From Auanema rhodensis (lineage: Eukaryota > Animalia > Nematoda), in assembly GCA_964057225.1 (NCBI GenBank), contig OZ059895.1, positions 1,054,001 through 1,118,000 on the forward strand: DNA of 64,000 nt, written 5' to 3'. Within the stretch, counting starts at the first letter, position 1; the number at the start of each line of letters is the position of its first letter. Positions 11,691-27,700 of this stretch are shown piece after piece. The position numbers were made by a program, and so were the translations under genes. The notes under the pieces were generated by a model. The model was not told the DNA's origin and made no database searches. It saw nothing but the letters and a program-made list of their open reading frames with translations.

Positions 11691-14600
11691 GCCTTAAAAA
11701 AAGGAATCTAAAAACATCTACTTTTTGCTAAATTATTTTGAAATTTTTCGAAAAAATTTTTGTCAAAATGTTTTTGGAAGCAATGTTGAGTGTACATGGA
11801 AACTCAACATACACTAATGCATCATTTTTCAAACGATCATAACTAATTTTTGTATTAAGCGTTTCTCAATGTAGTATAGTGCATTCGATGCGGATTTTTA
11901 AGCTGCGTCGATCTGTGTTATCAGATTTGCGCTAGCTTAAAAATGCACCGAGATATCAACTGATATAAGTTCACACTTATATCCTCGATTTTCACCCTGA
12001 AGATTTAATTTTTTCGTTGAATAACATTGTCCATCGTCTTTGCCTTAAAAAAAGGAATCTAAAAACATCTACTTTTTGCTAAATTATTTTGAAATTTTTC
12101 GAAAAAATTTTTGTCAAAATGTTTTTGGAAGCAATGTTGAGTGTACATGGAAACTCAACATACACTAATGCATCATTTTTCAAACGATCATAACTAATTT
12201 TTGTATTAAGCGTTTCTCAATGTAGTATAGTGCATTCGATGCGGATTTTTAAGCTGCGTCGATCTGTGTTATCAGATTTGCGCTAGCTTAAAAATGCACC
12301 GAGATATCAACTGATATAAGTTCACACTTATATCCTCGATTTTCACCCTGAAGAATTAATTTTTTCGTTGAATAACATTGTCTATCGTCTTTGCCTTGAA
12401 AAATGGAATCTAAAAACATCTACTTTTTGCTAAATTATTTTGAAATTTTTCGAAAAAATTTTCGTCAAAATGTTTTTGGAAGCAATGTTGAGTGTACATT
12501 GGAAACTCAACATACACTAATGCATCATTTTTCAAACGATCATAACTAATTTTTGTATCAAGCGTTTCTCGATGTAGTATAGTGCATTCGATGCGGATTT
12601 TTAAGCTGCGTCGATCTGTGTTATCCGATTTGCGCTAGCTTAAAAATGCACCGAGATATCAACTGATATAAGTTCACACTTATATCCTCGATTTTCACCC
12701 TGAAGAATTAATTTTTTCGTTGAATAACATTGTCCATCGTCTTTGCCTTGAAAAAAGGAATCTAAAAACATCTACTTTTTGCTAAATTATTTCGAAATTT
12801 TTCAAAAAAATTTTTGTCAAAATGTTTTTGGAAGCAATGTTGAGTGTACATGGAAACTCAACATACACTAATGCATCATTTTTCAAACGATCATAACTAA
12901 TTTTTGTATTAAGCGTTTCTCAATGTAGTATAGTGCATTCGATGCGGATTTTTAAGCTGCGTCGATCTGTGTTATCAGATTTGCGCTAGCTTAAAAATGC
13001 ACCGAGATATCAACTGATATAAGTTCACACTTATATCCTCGATTTTCACCCTGAAGAATTAATTTTTTCGTTGAATATCATTGTCCATCGTCTTTGCCTT
13101 GAAAAAAGGAATCTAAAAACATCTACTTTTTGCTAAATTATTTCGAAATTTTTCGAAAAAATTTTTGTCAAAATGTTTTTGGAAGCAATGTTGAGTGTAC
13201 ATGGAAACTCAACATACACTAATGCATCATTTTTCAAACGATCATAACTAATTTTTGTATTAAGCGTTTCTCAATGCAGTATAGTGCATTCGATGCGGAT
13301 TTTTAAGCTGCGTCGATCTGTGTTATCAGATTTGCGCTAGCTTAAAAATGCACCGAGATATCAACTGATATAAGTTCACACTTATATCCTCGATTTTCAC
13401 CCTGAAGAATTAATTTTTTCGTTGGATAACATTGTCCATCGTCTTTGCCTTAAAAAAAGGAATCTAAAAACATCTACTTTTTGCTAAATTATTTTGAAAT
13501 TTTTCGAAAAAATTTTTGTCAAAATGTTTTTGGAAGCAATGTTGAGTGTACATGGAAACTCAACATACACTAATGCATCATTTTTCAAACGATCATAACT
13601 AATTTTTGTATTAAGCGTTTCTCAATGTAGTATAGTGCATTCGATGCGGATTTTTAAGCTGCGTCGATCTGTGTTATCAGATTTGCGCTAGCTTAAAAAT
13701 GCACCGAGATATCAACTGATATAAGTTCACACTTATATCCTCGATTTTCACCCTGAAGAATTAATTTTTTCGTTGAATAACATTGTCCATCGTCTTTGCC
13801 TTGAAAAATGGAATCTAAAAACATCTACTTTTTGCTAAATTATTTTGAAATTTTTCGAAAAAATTTTTGTCAAAATGTTTTTGGAAGCAATGTTGAGTGT
13901 ACATGGAAACTCAACATACACTAATGCATCATTTTTCAAACGATCATAACTAATTTTTGTATCAAGCGTTTCTCGATGTAGTATAGTGCATTCGATGCGG
14001 ATTTTTAAGCTGCGTCGATCTGTGTTATCCGATTTGCGCTAGCTTAAAAATGCACCGAGATATCAAATGATATGAGTTCACACTTATATCCTCGATTTTC
14101 ACCCTGAAGAATTAATTTTTTCGTTGAATATCATTGTCCATCGTCTTTGCCTTGAAAAAAGGAATCTAAAAACATCTACTTTTTGCTAAATTATTTCGAA
14201 ATTTTTCGAAAAAATTTTTGTCAAAATGTTTTTGGAAGCAATGTTGAGTGTACATGGAAACTCAACATACACTAATGCATCATTTTTCAAACGATCATAA
14301 CTAATTTTTGTATCAAGCGTTTCTTGATGTAGTATAGTGCATTCGATGCGGATTTTTAAGCTGCGTCGATCTGTGTTATCCGATTTGCGCTAGCTTAAAA
14401 ATGCACCGAGATATCAACTGATATAAGTTCACACTTATATCCTCGATTTTCACCCTGAAGAATTAATTTTTTCGTTGGATAACATTGTCCATCGTCTTTG
14501 CCTTAAAAAAAGGAATCTAAAAACATCTACTTTTTGCTAAATTATTTTGAAATTTTTCGAAAAAATTTTTGTCAAAATGTTTTTGGAAGCAATGTTGAGT

Positions 14601-16429
14601 GTACATGGAAACTCAACATACACTAATGCATCATTTTTCAAACGATCATAACTAATTTTTGTATTAAGCGTTTCTCAATGTAGTATAGTGCATTCGATGC
14701 GGATTTTTGAGCTGCGTCGATCTGTGTTATCAGATTTGCGCTAGCTTAAAAATGCACCGAGATATCAACTGATATAAGTTCACACTTATATCCTCGATTT
14801 TCACCCTGAAGATTTACTTTTTTCGTTGAATAACATTGTCCATCGTCTTTGCCTTGAAAAATGGAATCTAAAAACATCTACTTTTTGCTAAATTATTTTG
14901 AAATTTTTCGAAAAAATTTTTGTCAAAATGTTTTTGGAAGCAATGTTGAGTGTACATGGAAACTCAACATACACTAATGCATCATTTTTCAAACGATCAT
15001 AACTAATTTTTGTATTAAGCGTTTCTCAATGTAGTATAGTGCATTCGATGCGGATTTTTAAGCTGCGTCGATCTGTGTTATCAGATTTGCGCTAGCTTAA
15101 AAATGCACCGAGATATCAACTGATATAAGTTCACACTTATATCCTCGATTTTCACCCTGAAGATTTAATTTTTTCGTTGAATAACATTGTCCATCGTCTT
15201 TGCCTTAAAAAAAGGAATCTAAAAACATCTACTTTTTGCTAAATTATTTTGAAATTTTTCGAAAAAATTTTTGTCAAAATGTTTTTGGAAGCAATGTTGA
15301 GTGTACATGGAAACTCAACATACACTAATGCATCATTTTTCAAACGATCATAACTAATTTTTGTATTAAGCGTTTCTCAATGTAGTATAGTGCATTCGAT
15401 GCGGATTTTTAAGCTGCGTCGATCTGTGTTATCCGATTTGCGCTAGCTTAAAAATGCACCGAGATATCAACTGATATAAGTTCACACTTATATCCTCGAT
15501 TTTCACCCTGAAGAATTAATTTTTTCGTTGAATAACATTGTCCATCGTCTTTGCCTTGAAAAAAGGAATCTAAAAACATCTACTTTTTGCTAAATTATTT
15601 CGAAATTTTTCAAAAAAATTTTTGTCAAAATGTTTTTGGAAGCAATGTTGAGTGTACATGGAAACTCAACATACACTAATGCATCATTTTTCAAACGATC
15701 ATAACTAATTTTTGTATTAAGCGTTTCTCAATGTAGTATAGTGCATTCGATGCGGATTTTTAAGCTGCGTCGATCTGTGTTATCAGATTTGCGCTAGCTT
15801 AAAAATGCACCGAGATATCAACTGATATAAGTTCACACTTATATCCTCGATTTTCACCCTGAAGAATTAATTTTTTCGTTGAATATCATTGTCCATCGTC
15901 TTTGCCTTGAAAAAAGGAATCTAAAAACATCTACTTTTTGCTAAATTATTTCGAAATTTTTCGAAAAAATTTTTGTCAAAATGTTTTTGGAAGCAATGTT
16001 GAGTGTACATGGAAACTCAACATACACTAATGCATCATTTTTCAAACGATCATAACTAATTTTTGTATCAAGCGTTTCTCAATGTAGTATAGTGCATTCG
16101 ATGCGGATTTTTAAGCTGCGTCGATCTGTGTTATCCGATTTGCGCTAGCTTAAAAATGCACCGAGATATCAACTGATATAAGTTCACACTTATATCCTCG
16201 ATTTTCACCCTGAAGAATTAATTTTTTCGTTGAATAACATTGTCCATCGTCTTTGCCTTGAAAAAAGGAATCTAAAAACATCTACTTTTTGCTAAATTAT
16301 TTCGAAATTTTTCAAAAAAATTTTTGTCAAAATGTTTTTGGAAGCAATGTTGAGTGTACATGGAAACTCAACATACACTAATGCATCATTTTTCAAACGA
16401 TCATAACTAATTTTTGTATTAAGCGTTTC

Positions 16430-19400
16430 TCAATGCAGTATAGTGCATTCGATGCGGATTTTTAAGCTGCGTCGATCTGTGTTATCCGATTTGCGCTAGC
16501 TTAAAAATGCACCGAGATATCAACTGATATAAGTTCACACTTATATCCTCGATTTTCACCCTGAAGAATTAATTTTTTCGTTGAATAACATTGTCCATCG
16601 TCTTTGCCTTGAAAAAAGGAATCTAAAAACATCTACTTTTTGCTAAATTATTTCGAAATTTTTCAAAAAAATTTTTGTCAAAATGTTTTTGGAAGCAATG
16701 TTGAGTGTACATGGAAACTCAACATACACTAATGCATCATTTTTCAAACGATCATAACTAATTTTTGTATTAAGCGTTTCTCAATGCAGTATAGTGCATT
16801 CGATGCGGATTTTTAAGCTGCGTCGATCTGTGTTATCAGATTTGCGCTAGCTTAAAAATGCACCGAGATATCAACTGATATAAGTTCACACTTATATCCT
16901 CGATTTTCACCCTGAAGAATTAATTTTTTCGTTGGATAACATTGTCCATCGTCTTTGCCTTAAAAAAAGGAATCTAAAAACATCTACTTTTTGCTAAATT
17001 ATTTTGAAATTTTTCGAAAAAATTTTTGTCAAAATGTTTTTGGAAGCAATGTTGAGTGTACATGGAAACTCAACATACACTAATGCATCATTTTTCAAAC
17101 GATCATAACTAATTTTTGTATTAAGCGTTTCTCAATGTAGTATAGTGCATTCGATGCGGATTTTTGAGCTGCGTCGATCTGTGTTATCAGATTTGCGCTA
17201 GCTTAAAAATGCACCGAGATATCAACTGATATAAGTTCACACTTATATCCTCGATTTTCACCCTGAAGATTTACTTTTTTCGTTGAATAACATTGTCCAT
17301 CGTCTTTGCCTTGAAAAATGGAATCTAAAAACATCTACTTTTTGCTAAATTATTTTGAAATTTTTCGAAAAAATTTTTGTCAAAATGTTTTTGGAAGCAA
17401 TGTTGAGTGTACATGGAAACTCAACATACACTAATGCATCATTTTTCAAACGATCATAACTAATTTTTGTATTAAGCGTTTCTCAATGTAGTATAGTGCA
17501 TTCGATGCGGATTTTTAAGCTGCGTCGATCTGTGTTATCAGATTTGCGCTAGCTTAAAAATGCACCGAGATATCAACTGATATAAGTTCACACTTATATC
17601 CTCGATTTTCACCCTGAAGATTTAATTTTTTCGTTGAATAACATTGTCCATCGTCTTTGCCTTAAAAAAAGGAATCTAAAAACATCTACTTTTTGCTAAA
17701 TTATTTTGAAATTTTTCGAAAAAATTTTTGTCAAAATGTTTTTGGAAGCAATGTTGAGTGTACATGGAAACTCAACATACACTAATGCATCATTTTTCAA
17801 ACGATCATAACTAATTTTTGTATTAAGCGTTTCTCAATGTAGTATAGTGCATTCGATGCGGATTTTTAAGCTGCGTCGATCTGTGTTATCAGATTTGCGC
17901 TAGCTTAAAAATGCACCGAGATATCAACTGATATAAGTTCACACTTATATCCTCGATTTTCACCCTGAAGAATTAATTTTTTCGTTGAATAACATTGTCC
18001 ATCGTCTTTGCCTTGAAAAATGGAATCTAAAAACATCTACTTTTTGCTAAATTATTTTGAAATTTTTCGAAAAAATTTTTGTCAAAATGTTTTTGGAAGC
18101 AATGTTGAGTGTACATGGAAACTCAACATACACTAATGCATCATTTTTCAAACGATCATAACTAATTTTTGTATCAAGCGTTTCTCGATGTAGTATAGTG
18201 CATTCGATGCGGATTTTTAAGCTGCGTCGATCTGTGTTATCCGATTTGCGCTAGCTTAAAAATGCACCGAGATATCAACTGATATAAGTTCACACTTATA
18301 TCCTCGATTTTCACCCTGAAGAATTAATTTTTTCGTTGAATAACATTGTCCATCGTCTTTGCCTTGAAAAAAGGAATCTAAAAACATCTACTTTTTGCTA
18401 AATTATTTCGAAATTTTTCAAAAAAATTTTTGTCAAAATGTTTTTGGAAGCAATGTTGAGTGTACATGGAAACTCAACATACACTAATGCATCATTTTTC
18501 AAACGATCATAACTAATTTTTGTATTAAGCTTTTCTCAATGTAGTATAGTGCATTCGATGCGGATTTTTGAGCTGCGTCGATCTGTGTTATCAGATTTGC
18601 GCTAGCTTAAAAATGCACCGAGATATCAACTGATATAAGTTCACACTTATATCCTCGATTTTCACCCTGAAGATTTACTTTTTTCGTTGAATAACATTGT
18701 CCATCGTCTTTGCCTTGAAAAATGGAATCTAAAAACATCTACTTTTTGCTAAATTATTTTGAAATTTTTCGAAAAAATTTTTGTCAAAATGTTTTTGGAA
18801 GCAATGTTGAGTGTACATGGAAACTCAACATACACTAATGCATCATTTTTCAAACGATCATAACTAATTTTTGTATTAAGCGTTTCTCAATGCAGTATAG
18901 TGCATTCGATGCGGATTTTTAAGCTGCGTCGATCTGTGTTATCCGATTTGCGCTAGCTTAAAAATGCACCGAGATATCAACTGATATAAGTTCACACTTA
19001 TATCCTCGATTTTCACCCTGAAGAATTAATTTTTTCGTTGAATAACATTGTCCATCGTCTTTGCCTTGAAAAAAGGAATCTAAAAACATCTACTTTTTGC
19101 TAAATTATTTCGAAATTTTTCAAAAAAATTTTTGTCAAAATGTTTTTGGAAGCAATGTTGAGTGTACATGGAAACTCAACATACACTAATGCATCATTTT
19201 TCAAACGATCATAACTAATTTTTGTATTAAGCGTTTCTCAATGCAGTATAGTGCATTCGATGCGGATTTTTAAGCTGCGTCGATCTGTGTTATCAGATTT
19301 GCGCTAGCTTAAAAATGCACCGAGATATCAACTGATATAAGTTCACACTTATATCCTCGATTTTCACCCTGAAGAATTAATTTTTTCGTTGGATAACATT

Positions 19401-20980
19401 GTCCATCGTCTTTGCCTTAAAAAAAGGAATCTAAAAACATCTACTTTTTGCTAAATTATTTTGAAATTTTTCGAAAAAATTTTTGTCAAAATGTTTTTGG
19501 AAGCAATGTTGAGTGTACATGGAAACTCAACATACACTAATGCATCATTTTTCAAACGATCATAACTAATTTTTGTATTAAGCGTTTCTCAATGTAGTAT
19601 AGTGCATTCGATGCGGATTTTTGAGCTGCGTCGATCTGTGTTATCAGATTTGCGCTAGCTTAAAAATGCACCGAGATATCAACTGATATAAGTTCACACT
19701 TATATCCTCGATTTTCACCCTGAAGATTTACTTTTTTCGTTGAATAACATTGTCCATCGTCTTTGCCTTGAAAAATGGAATCTAAAAACATCTACTTTTT
19801 GCTAAATTATTTTGAAATTTTTCGAAAAAATTTTTGTCAAAATGTTTTTGGAAGCAATGTTGAGTGTACATGGAAACTCAACATACACTAATGCATCATT
19901 TTTCAAACGATCATAACTAATTTTTGTATTAAGCGTTTCTCAATGTAGTATAGTGCATTCGATGCGGATTTTTAAGCTGCGTCGATCTGTGTTATCAGAT
20001 TTGCGCTAGCTTAAAAATGCACCGAGATATCAACTGATATAAGTTCACACTTATATCCTCGATTTTCACCCTGAAGATTTAATTTTTTCGTTGAATAACA
20101 TTGTCCATCGTCTTTGCCTTAAAAAAAGGAATCTAAAAACATCTACTTTTTGCTAAATTATTTTGAAATTTTTCGAAAAAATTTTTGTCAAAATGTTTTT
20201 GGAAGCAATGTTGAGTGTACATGGAAACTCAACATACACTAATGCATCATTTTTCAAACGATCATAACTAATTTTTGTATTAAGCGTTTCTCAATGTAGT
20301 ATAGTGCATTCGATGCGGATTTTTAAGCTGCGTCGATCTGTGTTATCAGATTTGCGCTAGCTTAAAAATGCACCGAGATATCAACTGATATAAGTTCACA
20401 CTTATATCCTCGATTTTCACCCTGAAGAATTAATTTTTTCGTTGAATAACATTGTCCATCGTCTTTGCCTTGAAAAATGGAATCTAAAAACATCTACTTT
20501 TTGCTAAATTATTTTGAAATTTTTCGAAAAAATTTTTGTCAAAATGTTTTTGGAAGCAATGTTGAGTGTACATGGAAACTCAACATACACTAATGCATCA
20601 TTTTTCAAACGATCATAACTAATTTTTGTATCAAGCGTTTCTCGATGTAGTATAGTGCATTCGATGCGGATTTTTAAGCTGCGTCGATCTGTGTTATCCG
20701 ATTTGCGCTAGCTTAAAAATGCACCGAGATATCAACTGATATAAGTTCACACTTATATCCTCGATTTTCACCCTGAAGAATTAATTTTTTCGTTGAATAA
20801 CATTGTCCATCGTCTTTGCCTTGAAAAAAGGAATCTAAAAACATCTACTTTTTGCTAAATTATTTCGAAATTTTTCAAAAAAATTTTTGTCAAAATGTTT
20901 TTGGAAGCAATGTTGAGTGTACATGGAAACTCAACATACACTAATGCATCATTTTTCAAACGATCATAACTAATTTTTGT
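16430..20980. repeat. Multi-monomer duplication at 7-monomer (2457-bp) offset; boundaries approximate
   Basis: Copies starting 16499, 16850, 17201, 17552 and 17903 match those at 18956, 19307, 19658, 20009 and 20360 in diagnostic variants (G167A, TTGAGCT, GATTTACT, TATCAAG/CTCGAT/ATCCGAT). Confidence 0.85.
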
Positions 20981-21763
20981 ATTAAGCGTTTCTCAATGTA
21001 GTATAGTGCATTCGATGCGGATTTTTAAGCTGCGTCGATCTGTGTTATCAGATTTGCGCTAGCTTAAAAATGCACCGAGATATCAACTGATATAAGTTCA
21101 CACTTATATCCTCGATTTTCACCCTGAAGAATTAATTTTTTCGTTGAAAAACATTGTCCATCGTCTTTGCCTTGAAAAAAGGAATCTAAAAACATCTACT
21201 TTTTGCTAAATTATTTCGAAATTTTTCGAAAAAATTTTTGTCAAAATGTTTTTGGAAGCAATGTTGAGTGTACATGGAAACTCAACATACACTAATGCAT
21301 CATTTTTCAAACGATCATAACTAATTTTTGTATTAAGCGTTTCTCAATGTAGTATAGTGCATTCGATGCGGATTTTTAAGCTGCGTCGATCTGTGTTATC
21401 AGATTTGCGCTAGCTTAAAAATGCACCGAGATATCAACTGATATAAGTTCACACTTATATCCTCGATTTTCACCCTGAAGAATTAATTTTTTCGTTGAAT
21501 AACATTGTCCATCGTCTTTGCCTTGAAAAAAGGAATCTAAAAACATCTACTTTTTGCTAAATTATTTCGAAATTTTTCGAAAAAATTTTTGTCAAAATGT
21601 TTTTGGAAGCAATGTTGAGTGTACATGGAAACTCAACATACACTAATGCATCATTTTTCAAACGATCATAACTAATTTTTGTATTAAGCGTTTCTCAATG
21701 CAGTATAGTGCATTCGATGCGGATTTTTAAGCTGCGTCGATCTGTGTTATCAGATTTGCGCTA

Positions 21764-24700
21764 GCTTAAAAATGCACCGAGATATCAACTGATATAAGTT
21801 CACACTTATATCCTCGATTTTCACCCTGAAGAATTAATTTTTTCGTTGGATAACATTGTCCATCGTCTTTGCCTTAAAAAAAGGAATCTAAAAACATCTA
21901 CTTTTTGCTAAATTATTTTGAAATTTTTCGAAAAAATTTTTGTCAAAATGTTTTTGGAAGCAATGTTGAGTGTACATGGAAACTCAACATACACTAATGC
22001 ATCATTTTTCAAACGATCATAACTAATTTTTGTATTAAGCGTTTCTCAATGTAGTATAGTGCATTCGATGCGGATTTTTAAGCTGCGTCGATCTGTGTTA
22101 TCAGATTTACGCTAGCTTAAAAATGCACCGAGATATCAACTGATATAAGTTCACACTTATATCCTCGATTTTCACCCTGAAGAATTAATTTTTTCGTTGG
22201 ATAACATTGTCCATCGTCTTTGCCTTAAAAAAAGGAATCTAAAAACATCTACTTTTTGCTGAATTATTTTGAAATTTTTCGAAAAAATTTTTGTCAAAAT
22301 GTTTTTGGAAGCAATGTTGAGTGTACATGGAAACTCAACATACACTAATGCATCATTTTTCAAACGATCATAACTAATTTTTGTATTAAGCGTTTCTCAA
22401 TGTAGTATAGTGCATTCGATGCGGATTTTTGAGCTGCGTCGATCTGTGTTATCAGATTTGCGCTAGCTTAAAAATGCACCGAGATATCAACTGATATAAG
22501 TTCACACTTATATCCTCGATTTTCACCCTGAAGATTTACTTTTTTCGTTGAATAACATTGTCCATCGTCTTTGCCTTGAAAAATGGAATCTAAAAACATC
22601 TACTTTTTGCTAAATTATTTTGAACTTTTTCGAAAAAATTTTTGTCAAAATGTTTTTGGAAGCAATGTTGAGTGTACATGGAAACTCAACATACACTAAT
22701 GCATCATTTTTCAAACGATCATAACTAATTTTTGTATTAAGCGTTTCTCAATGTAGTATAGTGCATTCGATGCGGATTTTTAAGCTGCGTCGATCTGTGT
22801 TATCAGATTTGCGCTAGCTTAAAAATGCACCGAGATATCAACTGATATAAGTTCACACTTATATCCTCGATTTTCACGCTGAAGAATTAATTTTTTCGTT
22901 GAATAACATTGTCCATCGTCTTTGCCTTGAAAAAAGGAATCTAAAAACATCTACTTTTCGCTAAATTATTTCGAAATTTTTCGAAAAAATTTTTGTCAAA
23001 ATGTTTTTGGAAGCAATGTTGAGTGTACATGGAAACTCAACATACACTAATGCATCATTTTTCAAACGATCATAACTAATTTTTGTATTAAGCGTTTCTC
23101 AATGTAGTATAGTGCATTCGATGCGGATTTTTAAGCTGCGTCGATCTGTGTTATCAGATTTGCGCTGGCTTAAAAATGCACCGAGATATCAACTGATATA
23201 AGTTCACACTTATATCCTCGATTTTCACCCTGAAGAATTAATTTTTTCGTTGAATAACATTGTCCATCGTCTTTGCCTTGAAAAAAGGAATCTAAAAACA
23301 TCTACTTTTTGCTAAATTATTTCGAAATTTTTCGAAAAAATTTTTGTCAAAATGTTTTTGGAAGCAATGTTGAGTGTACATGGAAACTCAACATACACTA
23401 ATGCATCATTTTTCAAACGATCATAACTAATTTTTGTATTAAGCGTTTCTCAATGCAGTAAAGTGCATTCGATGCGGATTTTTAAGCTGCGTCGATCTGT
23501 GTTATCAGATTTGCGCTAGCTTAAAAATGCACCGAGATATCAACTGATATAAGTTCACACTTATATCCTCGATTTTCACCCTGAAGAATTAATTTTTTCG
23601 TTGGATAACATTGTCCATCGTCTTTGCCTTAAAAAAAGGAATCTGAAAACATCTACTTTTTGCTAAATTATTTTGAAATTTTTCGAAAAAATTTTTGTCA
23701 AAATGTTTTTGGAAGCAATGTTGAGTGTACATGGAAACTCAACATACACTAATGCATCATTTTTCAAACGATCATAACTAATTTTTGTATTAAGCGTTTC
23801 TCAATGTAGTATAGTGCATTCGATGCGGATTTTTAAGCTGCGTCGATCTGTGTTATCAGATTTGCGCTAGCTTAAAAATGCACCGAGATATCAACTGATA
23901 TAAGTTCACACTTATATCCTCGATTTTCACCCTGAAGATTTAATTTTTTCGTTGAATAACATTGTCCATCGTCTTTGCCTTGAAAAATGAAATCTAAAAA
24001 CATCTACTTTTTGCTAAATTATCTTGAAATTTTTCGAAAAAATTTTTGTCAAAATGTTTTTGGAAGCAATGTTGAGTGTACATGGAAACTCAACATACAC
24101 TAATGCATCATTTTTCAAACGATCATAACTAATTTTTGTATTAAGCGTTTCTCAATGTAGTATGGTGCATTCGATGCGGATTTTTAAGCTGCGTCGATCT
24201 GTGTTATCAGATTTGCGCTAGCTTAAAAATGCACCGAGATATCAACTGATATAAGTTCACACTTATATCCTCGATTTTCACCCTGAAGATTTAATTTTTT
24301 CGTTGAATAACACTGTCCATCGTCTTTGCCTTGAAAAATGGAATCTAAAAACATCTACTTTTTGCTAAATTATATTGAAATTTTTCGAAAAAATTTTTGT
24401 CAAAATGTTTTTGGAAGCAATGTTGAGTGTACATGGAAACTCAACATACACTAATGCATCATTTTTCAAACGATCATAACTAATTTTTGTATTAAGCGTT
24501 TCTCAATGTAGTATAGTGCATTCGATGCGGATTTTTAAGCTGCGTCGATCTGTGTTATCAGATTTGCGCTAGCTTAAAAATGCACCGAGATATCAACTGA
24601 TATAAGTTCACACTTATATCCTCGATTTTCACCCTGAAGATTTAATTTTTTCGTTGAATAACATTGTCCATCGTCTTTGCCTTGAAAAAAGGAATCTAAA

Positions 24701-27700
24701 AACATCTACTTTTTGCTAAATTATTTCGAAATTTTTCGAAAAAATTTTTGTCAAAATGTTTTTGGAAGCAATGTTGAGTGTACATGGAAACTCAACATAC
24801 ACTAATGCATCATTTTTCAAACGATCATAACTAATTTTTGTATTAAGCGTTTCTCAATGTAGTATAGTGCATTCGATGCGGATTTTTAAGCTGCGTCGAT
24901 CTGTGTTATCAGATTTGCGCTAGCTTAAAAATGCACCGAGATATCAACTGATATAAGTTCACACTTATATCCTCGATTTTCACCCTGAAGATTTAATTTT
25001 TTCGTTGAATAACACTGTCCATCGTCTTTGCCTTGAAAAATGGAATCTAAAAACATCTACTTTTTGCTAAATTATATTGAAATTTTTCGAAAAAATTTTT
25101 GTCAAAATGTTTTTGGAAGCAATGTTGAGTGTACATGGAAACTCAACATACACTAATGCATCATTTTTCAAACGATCATAACTAATTTTTGTATTAAGCG
25201 TTTCTCAATGTAGTATAGTGCATTCGATGCGGATTTTTAAGCTGCGTCGATCTGTGTTATCAGATTTGCGCTAGCTTAAAAATGCACCGAGATATCAACT
25301 GATATAAGTTCACACTTATATCCTCGATTTTCACCCTGAAGAATTAATTTTTTCGTTGGATAACATTGTCCATCGTCTTTGCCTTAAAAAAAGGAATCTA
25401 AAAACATCTACTTTTTGCTAAATTATTTTGAAATTTTTCGAAAAAATTTTTGTCAAAATGTTTTTGGAAGCAATGTTGAGTGTACATGGAAACTCAACAT
25501 ACACTAATGCATCATTTTTCAAACGATCATAACTAATTTTTGTATTAAGCGTTTCTCAATGTAGTATAGTGCATTCGATGCGGATTTTTAAGCTGCGTCG
25601 ATCTGTGTTATCAGATTTACGCTAGCTTAAAAATGCACCGAGATATCAACTGATATAAGTTCACACTTATATCCTCGATTTTCACCCTGAAGAATTAATT
25701 TTTTCGTTGGATAACATTGTCCATCGTCTTTGCCTTAAAAAAAGGAATCTAAAAACATCTACTTTTTGCTGAATTATTTTGAAATTTTTCGAAAAAATTT
25801 TTGTCAAAATGTTTTTGGAAGCAATGTTGAGTGTACATGGAAACTCAACATACACTAATGCATCATTTTTCAAACGATCATAACTAATTTTTGTATTAAG
25901 CGTTTCTCAATGTAGTATAGTGCATTCGATGCGGATTTTTGAGCTGCGTCGATCTGTGTTATCAGATTTGCGCTAGCTTAAAAATGCACCGAGATATCAA
26001 CTGATATAAGTTCACACTTATATCCTCGATTTTCACCCTGAAGATTTACTTTTTTCGTTGAATAACATTGTCCATCGTCTTTGCCTTGAAAAATGGAATC
26101 TAAAAACATCTACTTTTTGCTAAATTATTTTGAACTTTTTCGAAAAAATTTTTGTCAAAATGTTTTTGGAAGCAATGTTGAGTGTACATGGAAACTCAAC
26201 ATACACTAATGCATCATTTTTCAAACGATCATAACTAATTTTTGTATTAAGCGTTTCTCAATGTAGTATAGTGCATTCGATGCGGATTTTTAAGCTGCGT
26301 CGATCTGTGTTATCAGATTTGCGCTAGCTTAAAAATGCACCGAGATATCAACTGATATAAGTTCACACTTATATCCTCGATTTTCACCCTGAAGATTTAA
26401 TTTTTTCGTTGAATAACACTGTCCATCGTCTTTGCCTTGAAAAATGGAATCTAAAAACATCTACTTTTTGCTAAATTATATTGAAATTTTTCGAAAAAAT
26501 TTTTGTCAAAATGTTTTTGGAAGCAATGTTGAGTGTACATGGAAACTCAACATACACTAATGCATCATTTTTCAAACGATCATAACTAATTTTTGTATTA
26601 AGCGTTTCTCAATGTAGTATAGTGCATTCGATGCGGATTTTTAAGCTGCGTCGATCTGTGTTATCAGATTTGCGCTAGCTTAAAAATGCACCGAGATATC
26701 AACTGATATAAGTTCACACTTATATCCTCGATTTTCACCCTGAAGATTTAATTTTTTCGTTGAATAACATTGTCCATCGTCTTTGCCTTGAAAAAAGGAA
26801 TCTAAAAACATCTACTTTTTGCTAAATTATTTCGAAATTTTTCGAAAAAATTTTTGTCAAAATGTTTTTGGAAGCAATGTTGAGTGTACATGGAAACTCA
26901 ACATACACTAATGCATCATTTTTCAAACGATCATAACTAATTTTTGTATTAAGCGTTTCTCAATGTAGTATAGTGCATTCGATGCGGATTTTTAAGCTGC
27001 GTCGATCTGTGTTATCAGATTTGCGCTAGCTTAAAAATGCACCGAGATATCAACTGATATAAGTTCACACTTATATCCTCGATTTTCACCCTGAAGATTT
27101 AATTTTTTCGTTGAATAACACTGTCCATCGTCTTTGCCTTGAAAAATGGAATCTAAAAACATCTACTTTTTGCTAAATTATATTGAAATTTTTCGAAAAA
27201 ATTTTTGTCAAAATGTTTTTGGAAGCAATGTTGAGTGTACATGGAAACTCAACATACACTAATGCATCATTTTTCAAACGATCATAACTAATTTTTGTAT
27301 TAAGCGTTTCTCAATGTAGTATAGTGCATTCGATGCGGATTTTTAAGCTGCGTCGATCTGTGTTATCAGATTTGCGCTAGCTTAAAAATGCACCGAGATA
27401 TCAACTGATATAAGTTCACACTTATATCCTCGATTTTCACCCTGAAGAATTAATTTTTTCGTTGGATAACATTGTCCATCGTCTTTGCCTTAAAAAAAGG
27501 AATCTAAAAACATCTACTTTTTGCTAAATTATTTTGAAATTTTTCGAAAAAATTTTTGTCAAAATGTTTTTGGAAGCAATGTTGAGTGTACATGGAAACT
27601 CAACATACACTAATGCATCATTTTTCAAACGATCATAACTAATTTTTGTATTAAGCGTTTCTCAATGTAGTATAGTGCATTCGATGCGGATTTTTAAGCT

